In this document: one piece after another, positions 8,957-16,903 of the stretch
Layout: the number at the start of each line of letters is the position of its first letter
Numbering within the stretch: the stretch's first letter is position 1
From: Alkalilimnicola ehrlichii MLHE-1
GTDB taxonomy: Bacteria > Pseudomonadota > Gammaproteobacteria > Nitrococcales > Halorhodospiraceae
NCBI RefSeq assembly: GCF_000014785.1
Contig: NC_008340.1
Coordinates: 1,560,001-1,592,000 of the forward strand
Length of the DNA: 32,000 nt
Direction of reading: 5' to 3'
The notes under the pieces: model-generated
The model's input: only the letters and a program-made list of their open reading frames with translations
Told to the model about the DNA's origin: nothing
The model's database searches: none
Made by a program: the position numbers and the translations under genes

Positions 8957-11026
8957 TCAGCGCCACCAGTCGAGCCATTTCCGGCACTCGCGCAGGGCAT
9001 CGGCATAGAGCGTGTCGCGCTCACAATGGTCCACGCTCCACTCCCGGGACAAGCCATCGCTGGTGACATGCACGGTGGCAAGGCGGGGCCGTTCCGGCCG
9101 GCCGTGCAGGGCGGGGAAGGCGAATTGGGGACGTTGGTAGACCCGCCCCTGGGCCACATAGATCGGGTGCATACCGTGCTCGCCGGTGACACAGAGCTGC
9201 GCCCCGTCCCGCGTACGCTCGGCGTGGATCGGGTGCCCCTCCCGATTCAGCTCTTCTGCGACGGCCTGGAGCGCCGGGTAGACCGTCTCGTCCAAACAGC
9301 GGCGGACCGCCTCCTCGGCCTCATCCAGGACCTCCGCCGCCCGTTGACGGTCCTTGAACCGTTCCCGGCGCAGGAGCCAATGCTGGACCCGGCGCGGCCA
9401 GAGCTGTAACCACCGCCCCGGGGCGTGCAAGCCCGCGGCCTCGCCGGGCGGCAGCGCCCGGGCCCGGCGCTCGCGCAGGTAGCGGGATAAGCGGTCCAGC
9501 CCCGGCTCCGGCATGGTGCCAATCTCCTCGACCTGGGCGGCATCGGCTCGGAACGCGGTCCATAGGCCCCAGGCCATCAGGAGCAGGACCAGGGACAGGG
9601 GCAGGGCAGCGGTGAGCGTGGCCGTTTGCAGGGCCTGCAGGCCGCCGGCCAGCAGCAGCACCGCCGCCGCCGCGCCGGTGAGCAGGCTCCAGAAGAGTTT
9701 CAGCAGCAGCGGGGGGTTCGGATTGCCCCCGGAGGAGAGGATATTCATTACCAATGCCCCGGAGTCGGCGGAGGTCACGAAATAGCCGATGATCACCAGC
9801 GTCGCCAGCGGGACGGTCAGGGTGGCCAGTGGCATGGCCTCGAGCATGGCGAACAGGGCCTGGGCGACATCGGCCTGAACGATGCTGCCCAACTCGCCGG
9901 CCCGCATTTCCTGTTCCAGGGCCGAGACGCCGAACACCGTCATCCAGAGGAAGGTAAAGCCCGTGGGCACCAGTAGGGTACCGAGGATGAACTCGCCCAC
10001 CGTGCGCCCCCGGGATACCCGCGCAATGAACATGCCGACGAAGGGACACCAGGAGATCCACCAGGCCCAATAGAACAGGGTCCAGCTCGCCTGCCAGCCC
10101 TGGCCATGGAACACATCGGTGCGCAGGGTGAGGGCCACCAGCCCCTGCACGTAGTGGCCCACGGCCTGCAACAGGCCGTAGAGCATCATCACCGTCGGGC
10201 CCGCGGCGAACACGAACAATAGCAACAGGCTGCCGAGAAAGAGGTTGGCCCGCGAAATGATCCGGATGCCGTTGTTGAGGCCACTGAGCACGGAGAGGGT
10301 GGCAATCGCCATGATAAAGACAATCAGCAGGATCTGATTGTGGACGGAGACCGCCATGAGCCCTACGTGAGCCAGACCGGCGTTGACCTGCATCACGCCC
10401 AGACCCAGCGAGGTGGCCACGCCGAGCACGGTGCCGACCACCGCCAGGCTGTCCATGAGATCGCCGGCCGGACCGTTGATCCTATGGCCGATCAGCGGGT
10501 AGAGGGCGGCGCGCATCGACAGGGGGAGGTCGTGGCGATAGGAGAAAAAGGCGAGCGCCAGGGCCACGATGATGTAAATGGCCCAGGGGTGCAGGCCCCA
10601 GTGAAAGAAGGTCAGCCGTAGCGCCTCGTCGGCGGCGGCCGCCGTCCCGCCCTCGCCGTGGGGGGGCTCCAGGTAGTGCAGCAGCGGTTCGGCAACGCCG
10701 TAGAAGAGCAGTCCGATGCCCATGCCTGCCGAAAAGAGCATGGCGAACCAGGACAGGTAGGTGTATTCAGGCCGGGAGTCCGGCGGCCCCAGGCGCAGGC
10801 GCCGGAACCGGGGATGCAGTAGCACCGCCAGCACGAAGCCGAGCAGCAGGGCCACCACCGTGGTGTAGACCCAGCCGAAGTGCTGGATCAGCATCTGGTG
10901 CAACGATTCGAAGCCCCGGCCCAAGGGCTCGGTCCAGAGCGCGCCCCCCATCACCAGGGCCAGAACCACGGCCGCCGCCGGCAGAAAGACCCGCGGGTTC
11001 ACCGGCGCCCCCGGCGTTGCGAGCAT
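8957..11026 (-). CDS. betT: BCCT-family transporter, BetT-like (choline/glycine-betaine) with long cytoplasmic C-terminal domain
   Basis: BCCT signature WTLFYWAWWISWCPFVGMFIARVSRGRT. The C-terminal tail (TVYPALQAVAEELNREG...) aligns by eye with the E. coli BetT tail (TVCYPAMEEVAQELRLRG...). The start codon is uncertain because 11026 has no SD. Confidence 0.88.
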   Translation of the reverse strand: MLATPGAPVNPRVFLPAAAVVLALVMGGALWTEPLGRGFESLHQMLIQHFGWVYTTVVALLLGFVLAVLLHPRFRRLRLGPPDSRPEYTYLSWFAMLFSAGMGIGLLFYGVAEPLLHYLEPPHGEGGTAAAADEALRLTFFHWGLHPWAIYIIVALALAFFSYRHDLPLSMRAALYPLIGHRINGPAGDLMDSLAVVGTVLGVATSLGLGVMQVNAGLAHVGLMAVSVHNQILLIVFIMAIATLSVLSGLNNGIRIISRANLFLGSLLLLFVFAAGPTVMMLYGLLQAVGHYVQGLVALTLRTDVFHGQGWQASWTLFYWAWWISWCPFVGMFIARVSRGRTVGEFILGTLLVPTGFTFLWMTVFGVSALEQEMRAGELGSIVQADVAQALFAMLEAMPLATLTVPLATLVIIGYFVTSADSGALVMNILSSGGNPNPPLLLKLFWSLLTGAAAAVLLLAGGLQALQTATLTAALPLSLVLLLMAWGLWTAFRADAAQVEEIGTMPEPGLDRLSRYLRERRARALPPGEAAGLHAPGRWLQLWPRRVQHWLLRRERFKDRQRAAEVLDEAEEAVRRCLDETVYPALQAVAEELNREGHPIHAERTRDGAQLCVTGEHGMHPIYVAQGRVYQRPQFAFPALHGRPERPRLATVHVTSDGLSREWSVDHCERDTLYADALRECRKWLDWWR

Positions 11027-11136
11027 TGCCCGTGGCGGGTGGCCATTGCGGATCCCCTCTGCCGGATCGGCTGCGTCGCGGGGTCACGCGCACGCTGTGT
11101 GAGCCCCCGCGTACCGCCCAGCCCTGCTTCAGGACA

Positions 11137-12528
11137 CTATATGACCTTACTGTAGCGGGTTTTGCCGTTGTCGGCATTCAGGTAGGCGTCGAAGGCCATG
11201 GCCACGTGGCGCAGCAGCAAACGCCCTCGGGGGAGGACCTGTAACCGGTCGCTCTCGATTCGGACCAAACCATCCGACTCCATCCCCTGCAGCCGTTCCA
11301 GGGCGTCGCGGAAGTAGTCCCGGAAGTGGATCTGGTAACGCTCCTCCATCTCCCGGAAGTCCACCCGGGAGTGGCACATGATCTCAGTGATCACGTCGCG
11401 GCGCAGTTGATCGTCGGCGCTGAGCTCCACGCCCCGGAAGACCGGCAACCGGCCTTCATCCAGGCGGGCGTAGTAGGCCTCCATATCACGCAGGTTCTGA
11501 CTGTAGCTCTCGCCCACCTTGCCAATGGAGGTGACCCCCAGGCCCACCAAGTCGCACTCCGCACGGGTAGAGTAGCCCTGGAAATTGCGGTGCAGCGTCC
11601 CGGCGCGCTGGGCCTGGGCGAGCTCGTCCTCCGGCAGGGCGAAGTGGTCCATGCCGATGTAGACATAGCCGGCCTCGGTTAGCCGGCGGATGGTCAGCTC
11701 CAGGATGGCCAGCTTTTCGTCGGGCCCCGGGAGCTGCTCCTCGCGGATCTGGCGCTGGACTTTGAACAGGTGGGGTAGATGGGCGTAATTGTAGACCGCC
11801 AGGCGCTCGGGGCGCAGTTCCAGGGTCTGATCCAGGGTCCGGGAGTAGGTCTCTACGCTCTGCAGCGGCAGCCCATAAATCAGGTCGAGGTTGGTGGAAC
11901 GGAATCCGCAGCTACGCGCCTTTGCGATCACCCGGGCGGTGGTCTCGTAGGGCTGGATCCGGTTCACGGCCTTTTGCACCGCGGGATCGAAGTCCTGCAC
12001 CCCCACGCTCATGCGGTTGAAGCCCAGCTTGGCCAGCAGCTCGATCGTGGTCTCCCGCACGGCCCGCGGGTCGATCTCGATAGAGAACTCCCGTTGCGGC
12101 CCCCGCTCGAGGGTGAAATAGCGGGAGAGCATGTCCATTACCCGGATGAGATCCTCGTCACTGAGGTAGGTCGGGGTGCCGCCCCCGAAGTGCAGTTGCT
12201 CCACCCGCCGGTCGGCGTCGAACAGCTGGCTCTGCAGGGCAACCTCTTTCTCGAGGTAGTCCAGGTAGGTACCGGCGCGGGAGTAGTTACCGGTGATGAT
12301 CTTGTTGCACGCACAGTAGAAGCAGACGGTGTCGCAGAAGGGGACGTGCACGTACAGCGAAAGCGGCCGCGGGATGGGATCCTCGTTGCTGAGCGCGGCC
12401 ACCTCGGCATAGGCCTTGTCGTCGAAGCCCTCGTGGAACTGCGGAGCCGTGGGGTAAGAGGTGTACCGGGGGCCGCTGACGTCATACTTGGCCAGGATGG
12501 CCGGGTCGAATTGCAGTGTTTGGTCCAT
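11137..12528 (-). CDS. hemN: Oxygen-independent coproporphyrinogen III oxidase (radical SAM)
   Basis: YPTAPQF N-terminus, radical-SAM CDTVCFYCAC (CxxxCxxC), GGGTPT, and a HemN C-terminal domain. The ATG at 12528 gives 463 aa (E. coli HemN is 457 aa). Confidence 0.92.
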   Translation of the reverse strand: MDQTLQFDPAILAKYDVSGPRYTSYPTAPQFHEGFDDKAYAEVAALSNEDPIPRPLSLYVHVPFCDTVCFYCACNKIITGNYSRAGTYLDYLEKEVALQSQLFDADRRVEQLHFGGGTPTYLSDEDLIRVMDMLSRYFTLERGPQREFSIEIDPRAVRETTIELLAKLGFNRMSVGVQDFDPAVQKAVNRIQPYETTARVIAKARSCGFRSTNLDLIYGLPLQSVETYSRTLDQTLELRPERLAVYNYAHLPHLFKVQRQIREEQLPGPDEKLAILELTIRRLTEAGYVYIGMDHFALPEDELAQAQRAGTLHRNFQGYSTRAECDLVGLGVTSIGKVGESYSQNLRDMEAYYARLDEGRLPVFRGVELSADDQLRRDVITEIMCHSRVDFREMEERYQIHFRDYFRDALERLQGMESDGLVRIESDRLQVLPRGRLLLRHVAMAFDAYLNADNGKTRYSKVI

Positions 12529-12614
12529 GACAAATCGCACAATGCCGAGATTGGGGATGTGTGGCACGGGCACGTCCGATCCGGTGGCCGGGCCAGTGCT
12601 AGTAAATTAGGCTC

Positions 12615-12656
12615 AAAATAAGCGACCGGTCATGGGCTTGTCTTGATTCAGGTCAT
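12615..12656 (-). promoter_or_regulatory. Candidate class II FNR/ANR-dependent promoter of hemN
   Basis: On the plus strand, TTGATTCAGGTCAT (12643-12656) matches TTGAT-N4-(A/G)TCAA. On the minus strand a -10 TATTTT (12620-12615) sits exactly where a box centred at -41.5 predicts it. The box is about 120 nt upstream of the hemN ATG. Confidence 0.5.
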
Positions 12657-12744
12657 GAGACGGCCCGAAAACGAAAGTCGGCAGGTATGCCAGGGGGCAT
12701 ACCTGCCGTCGATCAAGATCCACCACCCCACGGGGTGGCGGCGC

Positions 12745-13962
12745 TCAGCCGTCGTACCGGCGGAAGACCAACGTGGAGTTGGTGCCGCCGAAGCCGAAGC
12801 TGTTGGACATGACCGTGTTCAGCTCAACGCCTTCGCGCGGCTCGGTAACGATCGGCATGCCTTCGGCCTCCGGGTCCATGGTCTCGATGTTGATGGAGGG
12901 GGCAATGAAGCCCTCCTCGAGCATCGCCAGCGAGTAGATGGCCTCCTGCACTCCGGCCGCCCCAAGCGAGTGGCCGGTCAGCGACTTGGTGGCACTCACC
13001 GGGGGCACCTGCTCGCCGAAGACCTCACGCATGGCCTTGAGTTCGGCCAGGTCCCCCACCGGGGTGCTGGTGCCGTGGGCATTGACGTAATCCACCGGCC
13101 CCTCCACCGTCTCCAGGGCTTGGCGCATGCACCGGGCCGCCCCCTCGCCGGAGGGCGCCACCATGTCGTGGCCATCGGAGGTGGCGCCGTAACCGACCAG
13201 CTCGGCATAGATCTTTGCGCCGCGTGCCAGGGCGTGGTCCAGCGCCTCAATGACCAGCATGCCGCCGCCGCCGGCGATCACAAAGCCGTCGCGGTCGGCA
13301 TCGTAGGTTCGCGAGGCCTTCTCCGGCGTCTCGTTGTACTTGGTGGACAGCGCCCCCATGCCGTCGAAGAGCATGCTCAGCGACCAGTGCTCCTCCTCGC
13401 CACCGCCGGCAAAGATCAGATCCTGCTTGCCCAGCTGGATCTGCTCCATCGCCGAGCCGATGCAATGGGCACTGGTGGCGCAGGCGGAGGTGATGGAGTA
13501 GTTCAGGCCCTTGATCCGGAAAGGCGTGGCCAGGCAGGCGGAGACGGTGCTGCCCATGGTGCGGGTGACCCCATAAGGCCCGATCTTGCGCACGCCCCGG
13601 TTTTTCAGGGTTTCTGCCGCCTGCACCACATTGGCGGTGGAGGCTCCGCCGGAGCCGGCAATGAGCCCCACCCGGGGGTTTGATATCTCATCGGCGCTCA
13701 GGCCAGCGTCGCGCATGGCCTGCTCCATGGCGATGTAGGAAAAGGCGGCCGCATCACCCATGAACCGCAGGGATTTACGCGGAATGTGATCGGAAAGATC
13801 GATGTCCACGGACCCCGCGACCTGGCTGCGCAGGCCCACCTCTTCATATTCGGGTTTATACTTGATGCCCGACCGACCGGCCCGCAGGGCCTCGGTGACC
13901 GTCTCCCGGTCGTTGCCGATGCAGGAGACGACTCCCATTCCAGTGACGACTACTCGACGCAC
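12745..13962 (-). CDS. fabB: Beta-ketoacyl-ACP synthase I
   Basis: 405 aa. KAS I/II fold with active-site Cys (SACATS), His-His ([14 protein letters not shown]) and C-terminal NSFGFGGTN. Called KAS I from its operon position downstream of fabA. Confidence 0.92.
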   Translation of the reverse strand: MRRVVVTGMGVVSCIGNDRETVTEALRAGRSGIKYKPEYEEVGLRSQVAGSVDIDLSDHIPRKSLRFMGDAAAFSYIAMEQAMRDAGLSADEISNPRVGLIAGSGGASTANVVQAAETLKNRGVRKIGPYGVTRTMGSTVSACLATPFRIKGLNYSITSACATSAHCIGSAMEQIQLGKQDLIFAGGGEEEHWSLSMLFDGMGALSTKYNETPEKASRTYDADRDGFVIAGGGGMLVIEALDHALARGAKIYAELVGYGATSDGHDMVAPSGEGAARCMRQALETVEGPVDYVNAHGTSTPVGDLAELKAMREVFGEQVPPVSATKSLTGHSLGAAGVQEAIYSLAMLEEGFIAPSINIETMDPEAEGMPIVTEPREGVELNTVMSNSFGFGGTNSTLVFRRYDG

Positions 13963-14016
13963 GGTAGACTCCTCGAACTGAATCAGTGGTGATTGAAATC
14001 GAAAACCGGCGGCGGG

Positions 14017-14547
14017 TTACCCCTGGCTTCTGCTGAGGTCACCCGGATCCTGGAAAAGCCCCACCTTCAGGTCCTTCGCCGTGTAGATCTGCTCGCCGTC
14101 CACGGACACCCAGCCATCGGCGATGCCCATCACCAGCCGACGGTTGATCACCCGTTTAAATGCGATCTCGTAAGTCACCTTTTTATGCTCGGGCAGGATC
14201 TGCCCAGAGAACTTAACCTCGCCGCAGCCCAGCGCCCGGCCCTTACCGGAGCCGCCGATCCAGCCCAGGTAGAAGCCCACCAGTTGCCAGAGGGCATCCA
14301 GACCCAGGCATCCGGGCATGACGGGATCGCCGGGGAAGTGGCAGCGGAAGAACCAGAGATCCGGGTCGAGGTCCAACTCCGCGATCACTTGCCCCTTATC
14401 ATACGCCCCGCCTTCCTCACTCATTTGGGTGATGCGATGAAACATCAGCATCTGCGGGGCGGGCAGCTGTGGGTTGCCGGGGCCAAAAAGCCTCCCGTGG
14501 CCACTCAACAGCAGTTCATCGAAATTATAGCTTTCTTGCCTCGTCAT
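14017..14547 (-). CDS. fabA: 3-hydroxydecanoyl-ACP dehydratase/isomerase
   Basis: 176 aa. Near-invariant FabA sequence [24 protein letters not shown].GFYLGW. Confidence 0.95.
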   Translation of the reverse strand: MTRQESYNFDELLLSGHGRLFGPGNPQLPAPQMLMFHRITQMSEEGGAYDKGQVIAELDLDPDLWFFRCHFPGDPVMPGCLGLDALWQLVGFYLGWIGGSGKGRALGCGEVKFSGQILPEHKKVTYEIAFKRVINRRLVMGIADGWVSVDGEQIYTAKDLKVGLFQDPGDLSRSQG

Positions 14548-14622
14548 TCTCCCTACCTGTGGTCATGTGGCGGCTGGGTGCATATCGTACGTCATCGGGC
14601 AAGAAAGCCATACTACACGTAC

Positions 14623-14658
14623 AAAAAAACCGTGTCCCCCCCTGAGGGGGGAACACGG
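14623..14658 (-). terminator. Rho-independent terminator of the DUF4168 gene
   Basis: Minus-strand RNA reads CCGUGUUCCCCCC-UCA-GGGGGGGACACGG, with 12 bp paired and one mismatch, followed by U7. It starts 25 nt after the stop codon. Confidence 0.8.
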
Positions 14659-14683
14659 CTGGCCGCTCGGCGGCGGGTGGTTA

Positions 14684-15190
14684 TCAGCGGCGTTCCTGGA
14701 TCATGGCCGCCAGTTCATCCCGCAGCTCCGGGTCGGTGTCGAGCGCGGTGGCGATCTCGGAATACTCCGGTACGCTCAGGCCGCGGTTCTCGATCGCTTC
14801 GACCATCTCATCGTTGGCCTGCTGTTGCAGGTCCCGGGCCTGGTCTGGGTCCTCGGTGCCCTCCAGGCGTTGCGTGTAGTCCTCCTGGATCTCCGTAATG
14901 TCGATGTAGGCATCGGCGAACTGTTCCAGGCTCTGGTCATCGAAGTCGTGCTGGGGGGCACCTGCGCCCATGCCAGGCTGCTCCTGCATGCCGCCTTGCT
15001 GCTGCTGATCCATGCCGCCCTGGCGCTGCTGATCCATCCCGCCCTGTTGCTGTTGCTGCTGCTCCATCCCTTGCTGCCGGTCCATGCCTTGGGGATCGTC
15101 CTGCATGCCGGTTTGGCCGATGGCCATGCCGGAGGCGAGCAGCAGGGAGGAGAAGAGGGTCAACGTCGGTGCGAGCTTACGAATCGTCAT
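14684..15190 (-). CDS. Secreted DUF4168-domain protein with N-terminal periodic Met/Gln-rich repeat region
   Basis: Signal peptide MTIRKLAPTLTLFSSLLLASGMA. About 50 aa of (Q/R)QGGMDQQ-type repeats. The C-terminal roughly 85 aa (LEQFADAYIDITEIQEDY...EMVEAIENRGLSVPEYSEI...DPELRDEL) resembles Pfam DUF4168. SD GGAGG lies 5 nt before the ATG. Confidence 0.8.
   Translation of the reverse strand: MTIRKLAPTLTLFSSLLLASGMAIGQTGMQDDPQGMDRQQGMEQQQQQQGGMDQQRQGGMDQQQQGGMQEQPGMGAGAPQHDFDDQSLEQFADAYIDITEIQEDYTQRLEGTEDPDQARDLQQQANDEMVEAIENRGLSVPEYSEIATALDTDPELRDELAAMIQERR
14978..15097 (-). repeat. Tandem 24-nt (8-codon) imperfect repeats inside the DUF4168 gene
   Basis: Units start at 14978, 15002, 15026, 15050 and 15074. 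The two central units (15002-15025 and 15026-15049) differ at 3 of 24 nt. Each unit encodes one Met (plus-strand CAT GCC/CCC). Confidence 0.6.
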
Positions 15191-15237
15191 GTGGGCCTCC
15201 TGAGGCTTGCGATTGACAATGAATTCGGCCTGAGTTT

Positions 15238-15253
15238 TGCAAGCTTCCTGCCA
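15238..15253 (-). promoter_or_regulatory. sigma54 (-24/-12) promoter driving the DUF4168 gene
   Basis: The minus strand reads TGGCAGGAAGCTTGCA against the consensus TGGCAC-N5-TTGCW, matching 15 of 16 positions with correct GG-N10-GC spacing. It lies about 48 nt upstream of the ATG. A sigma54 activator is encoded divergently. Confidence 0.7.
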
Positions 15254-15364
15254 ACCAGGTGATGAAAACGGAACGGGAGGGTAAGTGACTGAACATAAAG
15301 GGACGCGTTTTCAGGGTCTCGTCGGGGCGCCGCCCTGGCGGCTAGGAACCCAGAACGGGGAGGG

Positions 15365-15400
15365 TGTGTCGTATAGGCACATGTGTCAGAAAGGACAGCA
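15365..15400. promoter_or_regulatory. Candidate enhancer (UAS) dyads for the sigma54 activator
   Basis: TGTGTC-N5-GGCACA (15365-15381) is immediately followed by TGTGTC-N6-GACAGCA (15382-15400). These lie 112-147 bp upstream of the -24/-12 element. By eye only. Confidence 0.3.
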
Positions 15401-15403
15401 CCC

Positions 15404-16903
15404 ATGACGCTGACCCGGTTCGTCAGACGGGCCTACAGCTTGCGACTGGCGCTCATCCTCCAGGTTCTGGTGCCCCTGGCGCTCCTGCTGGCGGCTGCCA
15501 CCTGGGTGGGCATGAAGGCATTGGAGTCGAGCCTGGAGGAACGCTTGGAGGAGGACGTCCAGCTGATCGCACGGGCAATACGGCTGCCGGTGAGTCATAG
15601 CCTCGAGCGGGAGGAGGAGGAAGCCGTGCGCCAGGCGCTGGAATCGGTCTTCACCATCGGCCGTGTCTATGGGGCCTACGTCTATGACCGACGAGGTGAG
15701 CAGGTGGCGGCGGTCGGCGCCGTGAAGCCCTCAGCGGCCGAACGCAATCGGCTTCAGGCCCTGGCCGAGGAGGGGCGGGATACCGGGGAGTACGAGTTGA
15801 TTGAGGGCCGCCAGGTTTACTCCTACTTCATCCCCCTGGTGGATACCGGCGGCCGAATCAGCGGGCTGCTGCAGGTCACGCGGCGGCAGAGCGACTTTGC
15901 CGATTACGTCAGTGGCATCCAGCGCCAGGCCGGTCTGGCCGCACTACTGACCACCCTGATCATCGGCGCCCTGGTGCTCGTGGGGCACCGTACCGCCATA
16001 GGGCGCCATATGGCGCAGCTCAGCCACAGCATGGCGCAAGTGGAGGCCGGCAATCGAGGCCACCGGGCCCGGGAGCAGGGCCCCCGGGAACTGCGCCAAC
16101 TCTCCGGGGCTTACAATCAAATGCTCGACAGCATCCAAAGAGCCGAACAGGAATTGCTGGAGCGGCAACGGCGGGAGGCGGAGCTTGAGCGGGCGCTGGC
16201 AAGCTCGAAGCGGCTGGCAGCGCTGGGGCGGTTATCAGCCGGTGTGGCCCACGAGCTGGGCACGCCCCTGAGTGTGATCGACGGTCAGAGCCAGCGCGGT
16301 TTGCGGGATCCTGATCTATCGCCGCCAGCGTCCAAGGCCTTCCGCCGCATTCGCAGCGAAGTGGATCGCATGAGTCAAATCGTGCAGCAGCTCCTGGACT
16401 TTGGCCGGCCATCGAACGGCGAGTGGCGGATGCTGACCGTGCGCGATCTGGTCCAACGCGTCGCGCACACCCAGATGGAGTCGGATCGGGCGCGCGGGGC
16501 CCGCATCGATTGGGTCCCGCCGGCCGAGGACGGGTTGATGGTCCGCGGGCACCCGATGCGCCTGGAGCAGGCCCTGACCAACTTGGTTCAGAACGCGATT
16601 CACGCGGCCAATGGGGGCTGCGTGCGCATCCGTTGGGGGCGGGTCGGAGACCGGGTGGCCCTGTGGGTCGAGGACGACGGGCCGGGCGTACCCGAGGGGG
16701 ATCGGGCGCGGCTGTTCGAGCCTTTTTTCACCACCAAGCCGGTTGGCGAGGGGACGGGGCTGGGTTTGGCGGTGGTCCATGGTATTGCACAGGAGCACGG
16801 TGGCGACGTGAGGCTGCTCCCCGACAGTGAGCTGGGAGGGGCCTGTTTCCGTCTGTCCCTGCCAGCGGCAGATGAGCAACAGAAGGATGAAGGGTCATCA
16901 TGA
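15404..16903 (+). CDS. Sensor histidine kinase (TM-periplasmic domain-TM-HAMP-HisKA-HATPase), ZraS/NtrB-class
   Basis: Two TM segments flank a periplasmic domain of about 150 aa. H-box GVAHELGTPLS, N-box LVQNAIHA, G1 DDGPGV, G2 GTGLGLAV. I prefer the ATG at 15404 (AAGGA 9 nt upstream) over the track's GTG at 15383. The stop overlaps the RR start (ATGA). Confidence 0.88.
   Translation: MTLTRFVRRAYSLRLALILQVLVPLALLLAAATWVGMKALESSLEERLEEDVQLIARAIRLPVSHSLEREEEEAVRQALESVFTIGRVYGAYVYDRRGEQVAAVGAVKPSAAERNRLQALAEEGRDTGEYELIEGRQVYSYFIPLVDTGGRISGLLQVTRRQSDFADYVSGIQRQAGLAALLTTLIIGALVLVGHRTAIGRHMAQLSHSMAQVEAGNRGHRAREQGPRELRQLSGAYNQMLDSIQRAEQELLERQRREAELERALASSKRLAALGRLSAGVAHELGTPLSVIDGQSQRGLRDPDLSPPASKAFRRIRSEVDRMSQIVQQLLDFGRPSNGEWRMLTVRDLVQRVAHTQMESDRARGARIDWVPPAEDGLMVRGHPMRLEQALTNLVQNAIHAANGGCVRIRWGRVGDRVALWVEDDGPGVPEGDRARLFEPFFTTKPVGEGTGLGLAVVHGIAQEHGGDVRLLPDSELGGACFRLSLPAADEQQKDEGSS

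Noticed and set aside
14587-14622. GTACGT...ACACGTAC elements upstream of fabA, resembling the FabR/DesT palindrome (GTACACGTGTAC)
   Set aside because: It matches only about 8 of 12 positions to one half-palindrome, abuts the neighbouring terminator, and I could not place convincing -35/-10 hexamers around it. It is worth a PWM scan but is not supportable by eye.
12643-14898. 346-aa (12643-13683) and 301-aa (13993-14898) plus-strand ORFs
   Set aside because: They lie antisense to fabB and fabA, both near-invariant enzymes. These are high-GC shadow ORFs.
15213-15241. Perfect TTGACA -35 hexamer on the plus strand upstream of the kinase
   Set aside because: The hexamer 17 nt downstream is TTTGCA, a poor -10. 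I cannot call this a promoter; it is mentioned only in the control-region finding.
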